From: Nemertoderma westbladi
Lineage: Eukaryota; Animalia; Xenacoelomorpha
Reading direction: 5' to 3'
NCBI GenBank assembly: GCA_032718475.1
Contig: JAUCBJ010006308.1
Coordinates: 1-45,008, forward strand
DNA length: 45,008 nucleotides
Part shown: positions 13,206 to 26,545 of the stretch, one piece after another
Layout: each line of letters opens with the position of its first letter
Numbering within the stretch: the first letter of the stretch is position 1
Notes under the pieces: generated by a model
What the model was told of the DNA's origin: nothing
Databases searched by the model: none
Seen by the model: only the letters and a program-made list of their open reading frames with translations
Position numbers and translations under genes: made by a program

Positions 13206-13277
13206 ACTTAGTATAAAACGCCACAACAAATTACCGTACTGTAAAGTAATTCACAACCCACAACCAGGGACCTGGGA

Positions 13278-13921
13278 CAGGGACAGGATACGATATGATT
13301 CGAAAATTGATACGTAAATTTCGTATTTCGTATCGCAGTAATTTATTCGTATCGAATTTCGTATCGTATCATAAAAATTGACTTCGTATCGTATAATACG
13401 AATAAATAGTTTTCGTATTTCGTATCGGTTTTTCGTTTCTTATTATTTTATAAATATTATGTTTTTAACAGTCAATCGAGAGATCACACCACTTATTTAT
13501 TAACATTTTTTTTCTCAATATTGGTGTATAAATTAGGATGAAGCTTATAGTTTTATTATGTCAATAAAATGTGTAAGAAAGGAGGAGGATCGTTAATCAC
13601 ACTATTGGGCCATGTTTCATAACGTTGTTATGGATGTATAGCCAGACACATTGAAATAATAAATATTTGCCTATTATATAGAAATTTATATGATTTTCTA
13701 ACTGCAATACAAAATACAATACATATATTTTTATCAAGTTTTAGATAAAATACGATACGAAAAAAATACGAAATATTTTTCGTATTTCGTATCGTATCTT
13801 GGATTTTTCGTATCGTATCAGCGTATCGTATTTTCTCAAAATTGCATTCGTATCATTTCGTATCGTGAATAATTATTTCGTATCGTATCGTATTTTCGTA
13901 TCGTATCGTATCCTGTCCCTG
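13278..13921. mobile_element. MITE with CAGGGACAGGATACGAT TIRs and CGTAT subterminal repeats (hAT-like)
   Basis: Perfect 17-bp TIRs at 13278 and ending 13921, many TTCGTATCGTAT motifs; no clear TSD. Confidence 0.75.
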
Positions 13922-14984
13922 TAAAGTTATATTATTTAGAAAATACGATGTCGAAAATACGATACGGTGTCTTATCCACCACTGAAAGACGGCTGCAGAT
14001 GACAGGATGACATGACATCTGCCATCTCTGCTAATCGTAAATCGTTCCAGGCACTTAAACTGGCATTCTTCCTCTCCTCCCCCAGTGCCTCCGGTACAAT
14101 TAAACATCTACTTTTAAAATATTATTGCGAGTGCAGTAGGTACCGGTAATGCGGTTGTCTGGTACTGGCGGCAGGGCGGTAGGCCTGACAGTGGTCAAAT
14201 TAAGTTAAGTATTTTTCTAGAAAATACCGTTTTTACACGTGCTGCGCGAAGGGCACAAATTTACACCACATTAAATCAGTAAATACACGACCTGGCCAAA
14301 GACATGTCCAATGTCTGTCTGTAAATTTTCCGGCAAATTGAAGGAAAATTGAGGAAATGATGCACATTTGAAAACAGGCAAAAATTGACTTTTCGAGAAA
14401 AAAAAAGTCATAAACTCATGATTTTCATTCGTGCTGCTCGAAGCGGAAAATCACCCTAATTTAAAATTTTTTTTCTTTGAAGTCACACATAGGTCAGAGA
14501 GTGTATGTGTGAAATCGAATCGATCCAAAAATGGCCACTGGGGAAAGGTGTTTGTCACTGTGCCTCAAATGTGATAGAACCATTCCTGCATATTTATCAT
14601 CTGCGACATAGTGTTTTATTTGATTCATTTTGAGCCGTATTCTTTTATTTGATTACGGATTATGCCATCAGTAAGTGCTTTATGCCTTGTTGGTTTTCCC
14701 TCCATATATTTTTAATTTAACTGTCTATTGTATTGTATTGTATTTCACTCCAAATAAAATAAATTAAATTAACAACTGAACAAACACTAACGAAAAGGCA
14801 TATATAATTGGTTGTATATTTAATCCAACATATGGAACATATTTGATTAGACTCTATAAAAACTGAATACAACAAAATAAGTAAATAAAATACAATACTG
14901 GAAAGTAAAAATACGGACAGGGGGGGGGGGGGGGGGGGGTGGCTACATACATGGTTTGTCGGTTGTCATTAGTCCTCGTTGTCA

Positions 14985-15745
14985 GCTGTCCTCAGCTCCG
15001 ATGTGCACTGCGGTACGTGTACACTCGCAGTAGTGTTCCTTAGCAGTTGCAGGGGAACCGCACATCCAACACACGCATTCATCTGAGGGTCTCCAGCAGT
15101 TTGTTTTTGTACATATTCGGTGGTGGCAGCCGTTCGATATAAGCAGCGCGGCAGAGCGACGATTGGTTAGTCCAGTCAGGTATATTCCAGAATCCAGGGG
15201 GTTATCAATTGCATTGAGGATCGCTGTTGTTGATGAGAACTTGCTAATTCCACACCACAACTTCCAGTAAAAAGCCCGAACGCGGCGAATATGGTCCAGT
15301 TGTGTGATTTCACTGTGGTGTGCGAATATGCTACAGCCATAGGATGTTGATGGCAGTATGATAGATTGTCATATACGTTTTGCTGATTCGATCGATATTA
15401 TACGCATATTCACCTTGGTAGCGATCATTACACAATTGGAGACTTCTTTTGAATATAAATGATCGAAATGGCCACGTGCACCATTTTTAGTAGATAGAAT
15501 AACCCCCAGGTATTGGAAAGTATTCTGGAATTCAATTGATTGGCCGTTGTATTCTAGAACATCATTACGTGATAATCTACTGATCTACCTCCCTTGCGGA
15601 ACTTTACTGCTTTGGTTTTATCGAGATTTACCTGGAGCCCATTCGTTTTACAATAATCTGCCAATTTATTTAAGCTGATTTGTACGTCTGCGATTGTGTC
15701 ACCAACAATAACAAGGTCATCAGCATACATAAAAAGGCATATATA
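14985..15745 (-). mobile_element. Decayed LINE RT 3' fragment
   Basis: LFMYADDLVIVGDT...LADYCKTNGLQVNLDKTKAVKFRKGGR (YADD catalytic motif), followed by an FQYLGV-like segment and stops or frameshifts. Confidence 0.8.
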
Positions 15746-16701
15746 AAATAAACAAGTTAAGCTGTAGGCATTAATTACGGTAATTAATTTAAATTTCACT
15801 ATAAGGATGAAGAATAGTTGCAGTGTAACTGGTGGAATATCGCCGGAAACACCTTTTTCAAACACTTGTAGCTAAAGATTGAAAGCAAAAATAAAAATTC
15901 TGGCTCACCCAGGGCTGCACGGAGGAGGAGGGAGGTGAAACTATCTACAGATTTATGTTTCAAATCCGATCCGATCCAACCCTCCCTTGCAATTAGCAAC
16001 TTAATTTTTCACATTCACAACTTAGATTGTTCGCAATGCGAACGTGGCAAACTTCTTACAGCAATTTCATGTTTACAGGGAGCAACTTCATCGGCAACCC
16101 GAGTTTTTCACCAAGTTGCTGAGAAAGTTACTCAAATGGTTGTCACGTGTAAACCGGTCTTAAGATTACATTTGCATTGTAATGTTGAAGTAATGAAATG
16201 CAGTACCGGACCGGTATAAATAATTGAAGCATTACAATTATTACAAAATTGTATGGCCATTGTATTTTAATATGGCGCGCATATGGCATAACACAAACAT
16301 ACATACAGACAGACATGACTTGTGCGCTTTTCACTTAATCTGAAGTCTGAACCCGTGTGGGTGTTGCGCGCTTTTTGTCAGTATTCCAAGCAGGGGCCCT
16401 GCCCTACATCCTACAACAAACTGTACAATATTTAACAAATTGGTTCAAAAACACAAATATTTACCATTTCCGTAGTCTGTTAGTTATAGTTTTCGGCTCA
16501 ACTTATATATTTTATAAAAACTCTGCTGCTGGTTTAAAATGTTACCGGTACATTATATATTAAAGCTATATAAATTTAATTAGGCAACTAATAGACCCAA
16601 GTACTGTAGAGTTGAGCACAGTGGCAGCAGATAATGGTATTGACAGATGGGAGGCCATGAGGAGGTAAATTGCGGACATAGCAGGCCTATCTTTTACCTG
16701 A

Positions 16702-16772
16702 GCCGCTAGCTGAATGGTTAGAGCGTCAGACTTTCAACACGGGGGTCACCAGTTCGATCCCACTTGGATGTC
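16702..16772 (+). mobile_element. tRNA-derived SINE head or tRNA pseudogene
   Basis: A-box-like TAGCTGAATGGTTAGAGC and B-box GTTCGATCC at tRNA spacing; the acceptor stem does not pair cleanly. Confidence 0.6.
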
Positions 16773-17059
16773 ATTGCCGACTTTGCAAAAGCTGTCCCCA
16801 ACAAAAAGTTATATAATACTAGGCCTTCTAGACATAGACATGTAATTAATATTTACATTACATCTTTGTGGGACTTCGCGCAGCACCAAATCTAGATGAG
16901 GCAAGCAGTACAATTCGTGTACCTGTTCAATACCCCTAGCGGTCGACATAGGAACTATAGAAGTTAATTAATGGCAGGGGGATGACACAGGCACACCCTA
17001 CGTTAAACTAGTATTACATTACAAGATCACACTAATTTATACTTTTTTATCTATTTCAG

Positions 17060-17128
17060 CTGGCGCTCTGTCCAACTATATATATATACTTCTACTACCG
17101 TACCGGTACCTACTGGATAACGATTTGG
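17060..17128 (+). other. Putative non-coding 5'UTR exon of the + strand DDX5/17-like gene
   Basis: Pyrimidine tract with TTTCAG acceptor before 17060, TGG|GTGAGT donor at 17129, no ATG inside. Predicted from splice signals only. Confidence 0.5.
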
Positions 17129-17507
17129 GTGAGTGTGATTTACAGTCGGTACTTAATTAATTAATTATCGTTAACAATTCTGATGTTTTAAGTTTTGATT
17201 TTTGCGGTGATAATAAAGGCTGATTACGCTTTTGGTGTTGGTTTCGATATTTTGAATATATAATATTACAGATACCGGTATTTTTCTAGGGATTTGATCT
17301 AAGCCTGTAGTATTTTTCTTAAATTTTATATAAAATTTAAACTTCAGATTGAGATTTAAACTTTAATTCCAAAATTATAAATTTACTATACACTTGTACT
17401 ACGTTTATATGTAGGATAATTTTATATAATAATTATAATCTATATATAAATGTTGCGTACCGGTATTTATTTATCCATTTCTAATATATATATGTCATAT
17501 GTTGCAG

Positions 17508-17736
17508 GGCTCAGTTTGAACCGGTCCACCCAATCTGGTTCGAATATGGGTCAGGCGAGGAGACGTAAATTACCCAGGCACCATTGCATTGCCATGGAAA
17601 CTGGGGAAACTTGCGTCCCAAACATAGTATGGCCACCTTGATGGAGGCTATTCGAGTCATAGGTATAGGCCCTAACACGTTTTTGGCAGCAAAAAAACGC
17701 AAAGCCGTGGCTTTGGTGTTGTATATTATATTAAAG
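17508..17736 (+). promoter_or_regulatory. Putative uORF-containing 5'UTR cassette exon (copy A) with 5' hairpin and long-range pairing arm
   Basis: TTGCAG acceptor, AAG|GTACGT donor at 17737 (weaker alternative TAG|GTATAG at 17663), 4 ATGs, uORF 17546-17641; homologous to 34565-34332. Confidence 0.65.
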
Positions 17737-17895
17737 GTACGTTGAGTTGCTTATTAATTAAAATTATATATTAGAAGTTGAACGCCGGGAAGTATTTGTA
17801 ACATAACCATGTTTGTTTAATATCTGAGTACCTGACTGCGTGTCCTAGTATGTATGTAAGGTGGGGGTGTGTGTATGTATGTGTATATAGGTGGT

Positions 17896-18186
17896 ATATG
17901 TGACGTGTGTTGTGTGTGTAGTAGGTGCTATAATATGTGACGTGTGTTGTGTGTGTAGTAGGTGCTATAATATGTGACGTGTGTTGTGTGTGTAGTAGGT
18001 GCTATAATATGTGACGTGTGTTGTGTGTGTAGTAGGTGCTATAATATGTGACGTGTGTTGTGTGTGTAGTGGGTGCTATAATATGTGACGTGTGTTGTGT
18101 GTGTAGTAGGTGCTATAATATGTGACGTGTGTTGTGTGTGTAGTAGGTGCTATAATATGTGACGTGTGTTGTGTGTGTAGTAGGTA
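17896..18186. repeat. Tandem array, 37-bp unit, about 8 copies
   Basis: TATGTGACGTGTGTTGTGTGTGTAGTAGGTGCTATAA repeated with period 37. Confidence 0.95.
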
Positions 18187-19703
18187 TTGTGTTCGCGGTA
18201 TTAGGAACTGATACCTCGGGGACTTAATATCACAGTGTTGCAATGGGATCGGGATTACAACAGTAGGGATCGGGATTTCCCTTGTCAGGATTTGTAATTT
18301 TATTGCGGCCATACTCATCCAAAAATCTCATGTACTAATATGTATTGTATATATGTATATCGAGTATCGTATATGTAATAGCATCTACTTCAATCCGAAT
18401 GAATCGCTGCCACATAAAAATGTTTATCATATTCAATAAAATGCAACAAGTGTCCGTTATATTATTTATAATAGACATTTAGACATTCATGTATATATAT
18501 TTGATACATTAAGGGCACGTGTTTGTATTAAAATAAATTGGACTATTAAGTTTATGGACCTCTTCTGAGGAATTGGTTCAAAAAATTTGAAATTTGTGGG
18601 GGAACTAATTTTGCATGTGTCTCAGTCATGGTAGCAGAATAAATACAAAAAATTATTTCTATCACCAGAAATTTTCAAAGTGAAAAATGTAAAAAAAAAG
18701 TATTTTTGTCGTTTTTAGTGATGTAACTTTTGAAATTTCTAACTTATTCTATTATTATTCTAATTTCTTTGAAAGAAGTTTTCCTGGTCGCAGAATCATT
18801 TTGAGTGTCAGTTTTAACATTTGACGACTTCCAAATTGTCTGTATGGCTGTCGGTTATATTTGACGGGACAGACTCACACGCTAAATTTGAATACTAACA
18901 TCAGAAATGAAGTCACCGACCCCGAAAACCCATATACGGAATTTTTTAGAAATATAGTATGCTTTTTATTGACGGACAGACCGGTGATTCAGAAATCAGT
19001 TATAAATCATGTAAATCAATCAATCTGTCACAAATCATCTTATCAATCATCCAATGAAAATCCTCCAAAATTACTGCAGTCGAAGTCCGTATCGGAATCT
19101 TAATTAGAGCTCTCACTTTACTTAACCAAATCGGAGTCTGATCAAGTCGGAATCAAATCGGAGCTTCCCACTAAGGTAGCACTATAGGTGATTGTAAAAG
19201 CAAAACCGTTATCTATTCTTTTACTTTATTATTCATTATTTATGTTTTTGTTATTGGAAGAAATTGTACATTTCTTTACAATTCTACAAATTTTATGCTG
19301 CAGGGTATATAATATAAATTCAGATATAGCAAATCCCGATAAATCCAGTGTAGATCCATTAATGTACTTTATTACTAAATTTAGGTTTTGGTTTGGTTTG
19401 TTATTACATAAGAGGCCTTCATTGATTTAATATTTTGTTACTCTTACTTTTAAGTACTAATTCATTGCGATAGGTACGGTATTGGATAAGTTTACTTTAC
19501 CTTCATGTACGTACGGTCTCACCCCCAATGACCCATGCCTACCGGTACCGGTATATAGGGATATTTATTTATGTGTGGATTTTTATGATTTATGATTGGT
19601 ACCGGTACATTATTATGAGTGGATATTGTGTGTGTCAACTAAAAATTGTACTTAACCCACTAGTCTACTTCACCCAGTAATCTTCCCAATGCCGCCAATT
19701 TCG

Positions 19704-19775
19704 GCCATGGCTTTTGTTTTCATTCCAGGGGGAATGCCACTGCTGTCATTGTGTGCCCTAGGGCCTGTCCTATGA
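19704..19775 (+). promoter_or_regulatory. Intronic complementary element (copy A), pairs with 17657-17711
   Basis: GCCATGGCTTT...TGCTGTCA..GTGT....TAGGGCCTGTCCTATGA is the near reverse complement of 17657-17711 and is homologous to 31991-31915. Confidence 0.7.
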
Positions 19776-20301
19776 TAAACTACAAGTTCAAATTCTCAAT
19801 AGTAACTAAACAATACGTGAGGGGGGGGGGGGGGGGGGGGGGTAATATAAGTTGCGTAATGTGGAAGCCTGGTTCAAAATTCACTGATGCCTTATATTAT
19901 AACTCCGTTATATTATAACTAAGTCGGACAACAATAGGTTATTGTTAGTTCCTCTTAACTAAACAGAAAAAAAGGCCCCATTTCTTCCGCATATTATCGG
20001 AAAGGCTGACACCAAACTAGCTACAATAACGCCTATAACGGTCATCAATATTACGGAAAATAATTGCACCAATTGGTATTGTGCCCCATTTCCTTTACCT
20101 ATAAGTATTTAAGATTTATTACTTACCGGTCAAACGTGAATTAATTATATATACTCTCCAATTAGCAAAATCTGTTGTTATTATAATATTAAATTTAGTT
20201 ACTTTCCATTATTGTGGAATGTAAAGTAACACTTTACTATTTGTTTGTCTGCAGCTCAACAAACCTAAGTTCATCCTATCTATCTTCTACACCCGAGCTA
20301 A

Positions 20302-21951
<1,650 letters not shown>

Positions 21952-23503
21952 TATTACCTCACTATCACAGTCTTTGTCTATAAACTGCGATCCGAGATGT
22001 CGGCGTAATGATGTTAGCTCCGCACGTCTACCTACATACAAACTGGTCTTAATTATATCTGAGGTAGAAGATATATACCCTCAAGTTTGAGATTATTTAT
22101 ATTTACTACAATGTAACACTCTTGTATGACTGTCAGTCTGTCAGGTCGCAGTCTATTAATTTGTTGTCGTATTATTCTAACCCTTATACGTAACAGCTAA
22201 CGTGTTATGAGTGAGTGACACCCATTTTATTAAGTATAAACCCAATTTGAGTCTTTTACACTCTTCAAATATTAGGTAACTATTTTTAAGCAACATTGTA
22301 GGACTTCACTTAACCTATAGAATATAGTTTATAAATTATTAGGTTTACTAATTCAAACAATATTTAAGTAACCCGCTGTTTTCGTAACAACTGCAAGTAA
22401 CCTATATGCTTATTGTTGCTCACTTACTTTCTTTGCTAGATATTATCAGTGTTTGTGGACTGGACAGGAACATGGTGTAACATTGTAATGTAACATTTAG
22501 GTTTGTCGGTTATTTTTGATAAAATGGGTGTCTTTATATCCTCGTTTGATCCTGTTTTTACTTTGTTTCTAAACAGATTGTATTAAAGGCAGTTACCAAT
22601 TGGTGCTGTTCAATATTCTACCAGCCTCTTTTACTTCAAGTTTTCACTGATTTTAATTTCTTGTAGCTGATATTTGGCACCAGTGCAATGTATTACTCAA
22701 TGCACGTATGTTGTTTTATGTTACTGGAAATTGCATAAGTGACCTAAATAGTTTTTAAATATTTATTTATTTACATTGGGAGCGGGGCGGGGCCTGGTCA
22801 ATTTTTGGGTTTCACGAAACTTTAATATTTAGTTTCCGCATCTTTGTATCAGCTGTTTCAATCCGCTATAAATAAGGGGGGGGGGGGTCGCATTCTGGCT
22901 TTTCGCAAACCTAAAACAAAGTTATGTAATCTGTGATATTGACTTTCGTTTATTGTTAATTCTCCGACATGGTGTGTGTGGGTTGGGAGAGCAGAAAGTG
23001 ATATCATACCATCCCGGTATGTAATTTTAATGTAGCTGTGTGTGTACCGTACACGGCAGAACGGTGCATCGGTACTACAGCTAGGTATTGACATAATTTG
23101 TGTTTTATCATTAATATTGTGGGCGACTCTATTTGTCAGAAAATATTAAATCTTTTCTTATGCCGATGACGATGTAGGCCTAGTAATGATATTTGAATTT
23201 TATTAAATTAATTTACCCTGTTAATGACTAAAGGGGACACAAAAATAATAATATCATTTTTAAGAACATGTCAAAGAAATCCAATCAAAAATAATCAAGC
23301 GACCCAATATTTTGTGGAATAAATTATATCAGATATAAGCCGACTGCAGTGTGGTAATAAGATAAAGTCAAACATACTGCACCAACCCAACACTCTCCAC
23401 AGATGATGTTGTATCTTGTATGCTACCGAATCAGTCATGGTACAGTAACTGGAGGACTTCTGATATGGTAAATAATAACATAAATAAGGGGTGTAAACGT
23501 TAC

Positions 23504-23795
23504 ACTGGTGCAGACAGTGGTGCAGACAATGATGCAGATAGTGGTGCAGACTCCTGGTGCAGACAGTGGTGCAGACACTGGTGCGGACAGTGGTGCAGAC
23601 AGTGGTGCAGACACTGGTGCAGATAGTGGTGCAGACAGTGGTGCAGACAGTGGTGCAGACAATGATGCAGATAGTGGTGCAGACTCCTGGTGCAGACAGT
23701 GGTGCAGACACTGGTGCGGACAGTGGTGCAGACAGTGGTGCAGACACTGGTGCAGACAGTGGTGCAGGCACTGGTGCAGACACTAGTGCAGACAG
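23504..23795. repeat. 12-bp unit array (GTGCAGACAGTG), left arm
   Basis: Visible array; an inverted counterpart lies at 26116-26268. Confidence 0.9.
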
Positions 23796-24044
23796 TAAAG
23801 GAGCAGGTTAGTAAAGGATCAGGTTTCAGAGGAGTATTGGGGGAACCAAAACAATAAACGTTATTGTTTTGCGGGCAAAGAATACCCACGGGCTAAGAAT
23901 ACTCGCGGGCTAAGAATTCCTGAGACCTTACTGTAGTTAGTGCATGTATATCCCCAGCATGAGACAATAACTTAATTAGCTCGTTTTATTATAATAAGCA
24001 CTGGCTCCAGTAAAGGTAAACAAATTAAAAATACTCTGTATAAA

Positions 24045-25807
24045 GGTGATTGGGGGACGTTAGTGCCCGCGGGCACTAATGTCTCAGGACTTTAGTGCTC
24101 GCGAGTCGTTAGTGCCCGGGAACCATGTCTGCAAGTGAGACGTTAGTTCCCGCGAGTCATTAGTGCCCGGGAACCATGTCTGCAAGTGAGACGTTAGTGC
24201 CCGCGAGTCATTAATGCCCGAGGACCTTGTCTGCAAGTGAGACGTTAGTACCCGCGAGTCATTAGTGCCCGAGGACCTTGTCTGCAAGTGAGACGTTAGT
24301 GCCCGCGAGTCATTAGTGCCCGAGGACCTTGTCTGCAAGTGAGACGTTAGTACCCGCGAGTCATTAGTGCCCGAGGACCTTGTCTGCAAGTGAGACGTTA
24401 GTGCCCGCGTGTCATTAGTGCCCGAGGACCTTGTCTGCAAGTGAGACGTTAGTGCCCGCGAGTCATTAATGCCCGAGGACCTTGTCTGCAAGTGAGACGT
24501 TAGTACCCGCGAGTCATTAGTGCCCGAGGACCTTGTCTGCAAGTGAGACGTTAGTGCCCGCGTGTCATTAGTGCCCGAGGACCTTGTCTGCAAGTGAGAC
24601 GTTAGTGCCCGCGAGTCAATAGTGCCCGAGGACCTTGTCTGCAAGTGAGACGTTAGTGCCCGCGAGTCATTAGTGCCCGAGGACCTTGTCTGCAAGTGAG
24701 ACGTTAGTGCCCGCGAGTCATTAGTGCCCGAGGACCTTGTCTGCAAGTGAGACGTTAGTGCCCGCGAGTCATTAGTGCCCGAGGACATTGTCTGCAAGTG
24801 AGACGTTAGTGCCCGCGAGTCATTAGTGCCCGAGGACCCCTTGTCTGCAAGTGAGACGTTAGTGCCCGCGAGTCATTAGTGCCCGAGGACCTTGTCTGCA
24901 AGTGAGACGTTAGTGCCCGCGAGTCATTAATGCCCGAGGACCTTGTCTGCAAGTGAGACGTTAGTACCCGCGAGTCATTAGTGTCCGAGGACCTTGTCTG
25001 CAAGTGAGACGTTAGTGCCCGCGAGTCATTAGTGCCCGCATTGTATTTGGAAGTTAGTATAAGGCAATCCGTATTTCTTCTTACTTATACCCCATTCAAC
25101 CAAAGTCGTCCATTAACATACACTAATTTAATTAATTCCCTAATTTAATTAACTAAAAGTACTACTCTACTTTTAAATCGTCGACAGAATGTCAGACAGT
25201 CGACTGAGTATTTTCCTTGAAATCATTAATTCATTATAATATATTAGTTAGTGCGACCTCCGACGATTATACTGTATAGTACTGCACCTTGTTTTACACA
25301 CTGTCTCCAGTAAAGTTCAACAAATTAAGTATAAACTCAATCAAAAGTAGGCTATCTATAAACAATCAAACACTGTTGCTTAATCCTCATTCCTTGAAAA
25401 CTTTACCGAAAAACCAAATAATATAATTGATACCATGTCTAACTGAGGTTAATATATTTTTTAATCATAAACGATCCAAGTTGAAATTCATATGTTAAAT
25501 AACGAGATGCGGGAACTAAAGACTGGAAAATTACCTTAGAAGTTTGAAGAAAGTAACGACTCGTTTGCATCGGCAGGAACTAAAGAAGCGGGAAATGTCT
25601 TCCTGGCTTCTAGTATTTATTACATATACTAAATAAGTAGCTAGGCGGGCACTAATGTCTCGCGGGCACTAACGTCTCGCGGGCACTAACGTCCCTTGGG
25701 ACATTAGTGCCCGCGATAATGCGACTAAGTGACCGCGGGCACTAAAGGTACTGAGATATTAGTGCCCGCGGGCACTAATGTCTCGCGGGCACTAACGTCC
25801 CAAGACC
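24045..25807. mobile_element. Non-autonomous TIR element (GG...CC ends) carrying a 51-bp tandem array
   Basis: Left GGTGATTGGGGGACGTTAGTGCCCGCG versus right CGCGGGCACTAACGTCCCAAGACC. TGTATAAA occurs at 24037-24044 and 25813-25820 as a probable 8-bp TSD (5 extra bases on the right). Confidence 0.7.
24090..25040. repeat. Tandem array, 51-bp unit, about 18-19 copies
   Basis: GTTAGTGCCCGCGAGTCATTAGTGCCCGAGGACCTTGTCTGCAAGTGAGAC repeated head to tail without spacers. Confidence 0.96.
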
Positions 25808-26115
25808 GGTCATGTATAAACAATCAAACACTGTCGCTTAAACCTAATTCCTTTGAGACATTGCTGCTTAGAATTTATATACATTTATTGTTTATATAAA
25901 AACGGGAATACCGATTAATTACTTTCGTACACACTCCTTATAATTATTTGTAATCAGAGGGCACATTCACCCCCACGCACCCCGACTTGTACTACATACT
26001 TCCTCTCTACTGCATGTAGAACCTTTCAAGAGTTACTCGCATATTTGTAGTTAATATAATAGTGCCTGGTGGTATTGTGTTTTGTGGTACTCTGGTATTT
26101 GAGTATTTTCACCAT

Positions 26116-26268
26116 GTGTCTGCACCAGTGTCGGCAGCACTGTCTGCAGCAGTGTCTGCACTACTGTCTGCACCACTGTCTACACCACTGTCTGCCCCAG
26201 TGTCTGCACCACTGTCTACACGGGTGTCTGCATCACTGTCTGCACCACTGTTCTGCACCACTGTCTGC
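26116..26268. repeat. 12-bp unit array (CACTGTCTGCAC), right arm, inverted relative to 23504-23795
   Basis: Reverse complement of the left-arm unit. Confidence 0.85.
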
Positions 26269-26545
26269 CCCGGAATATGTAAGTTTTGCCAAAACTTAAC
26301 AAGAGATCTGGGCACTCCCAATCAAGTTCCTTACGCATTCATTCCAAATCAACCTTAATTGAGTGCCACCAATTAATTCTTCTTAAATATTTATGTGTGA
26401 CAAAAGTAAGAATTTGGAAATATCATAATCGAAAATAACAAAATTAGTTGTATTCAATATCCGGTATTATTAGACTCAAGTCAAAGTTTGGCACCATAAA
26501 ATTTAATTAAATAAATAAAACATACAATTATTATTGTATTCAATA

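Noticed and set aside
16702-16772. Functional tRNA gene
   Set aside because: A and B boxes are present but the acceptor and T stems pair poorly; treated as a SINE head or pseudogene. tRNAscan-SE would settle it.
19820-19842. Long poly-G runs (also ~7257, 8409, 14919, 32707, 36643) as functional G-quadruplex sites
   Set aside because: They are frequent throughout the window, mostly inside repeats, and homopolymer length is error-prone.
23295-23889. Overlapping ORFs (SAPL, CLHH, ADSG, VQT repeats) as antifreeze- or metallothionein-like proteins
   Set aside because: Most frames are open because of a 12-bp repeat; no splice or codon evidence. The same applies to 26062-26358.
24084-25040. 51-bp array as a CRISPR array or as a 237-aa repeat protein
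   Set aside because: Units are head to tail with no unique spacers, there are no cas genes and the context is eukaryotic. The ORF is a by-product of a stop-free unit whose length is a multiple of 3.
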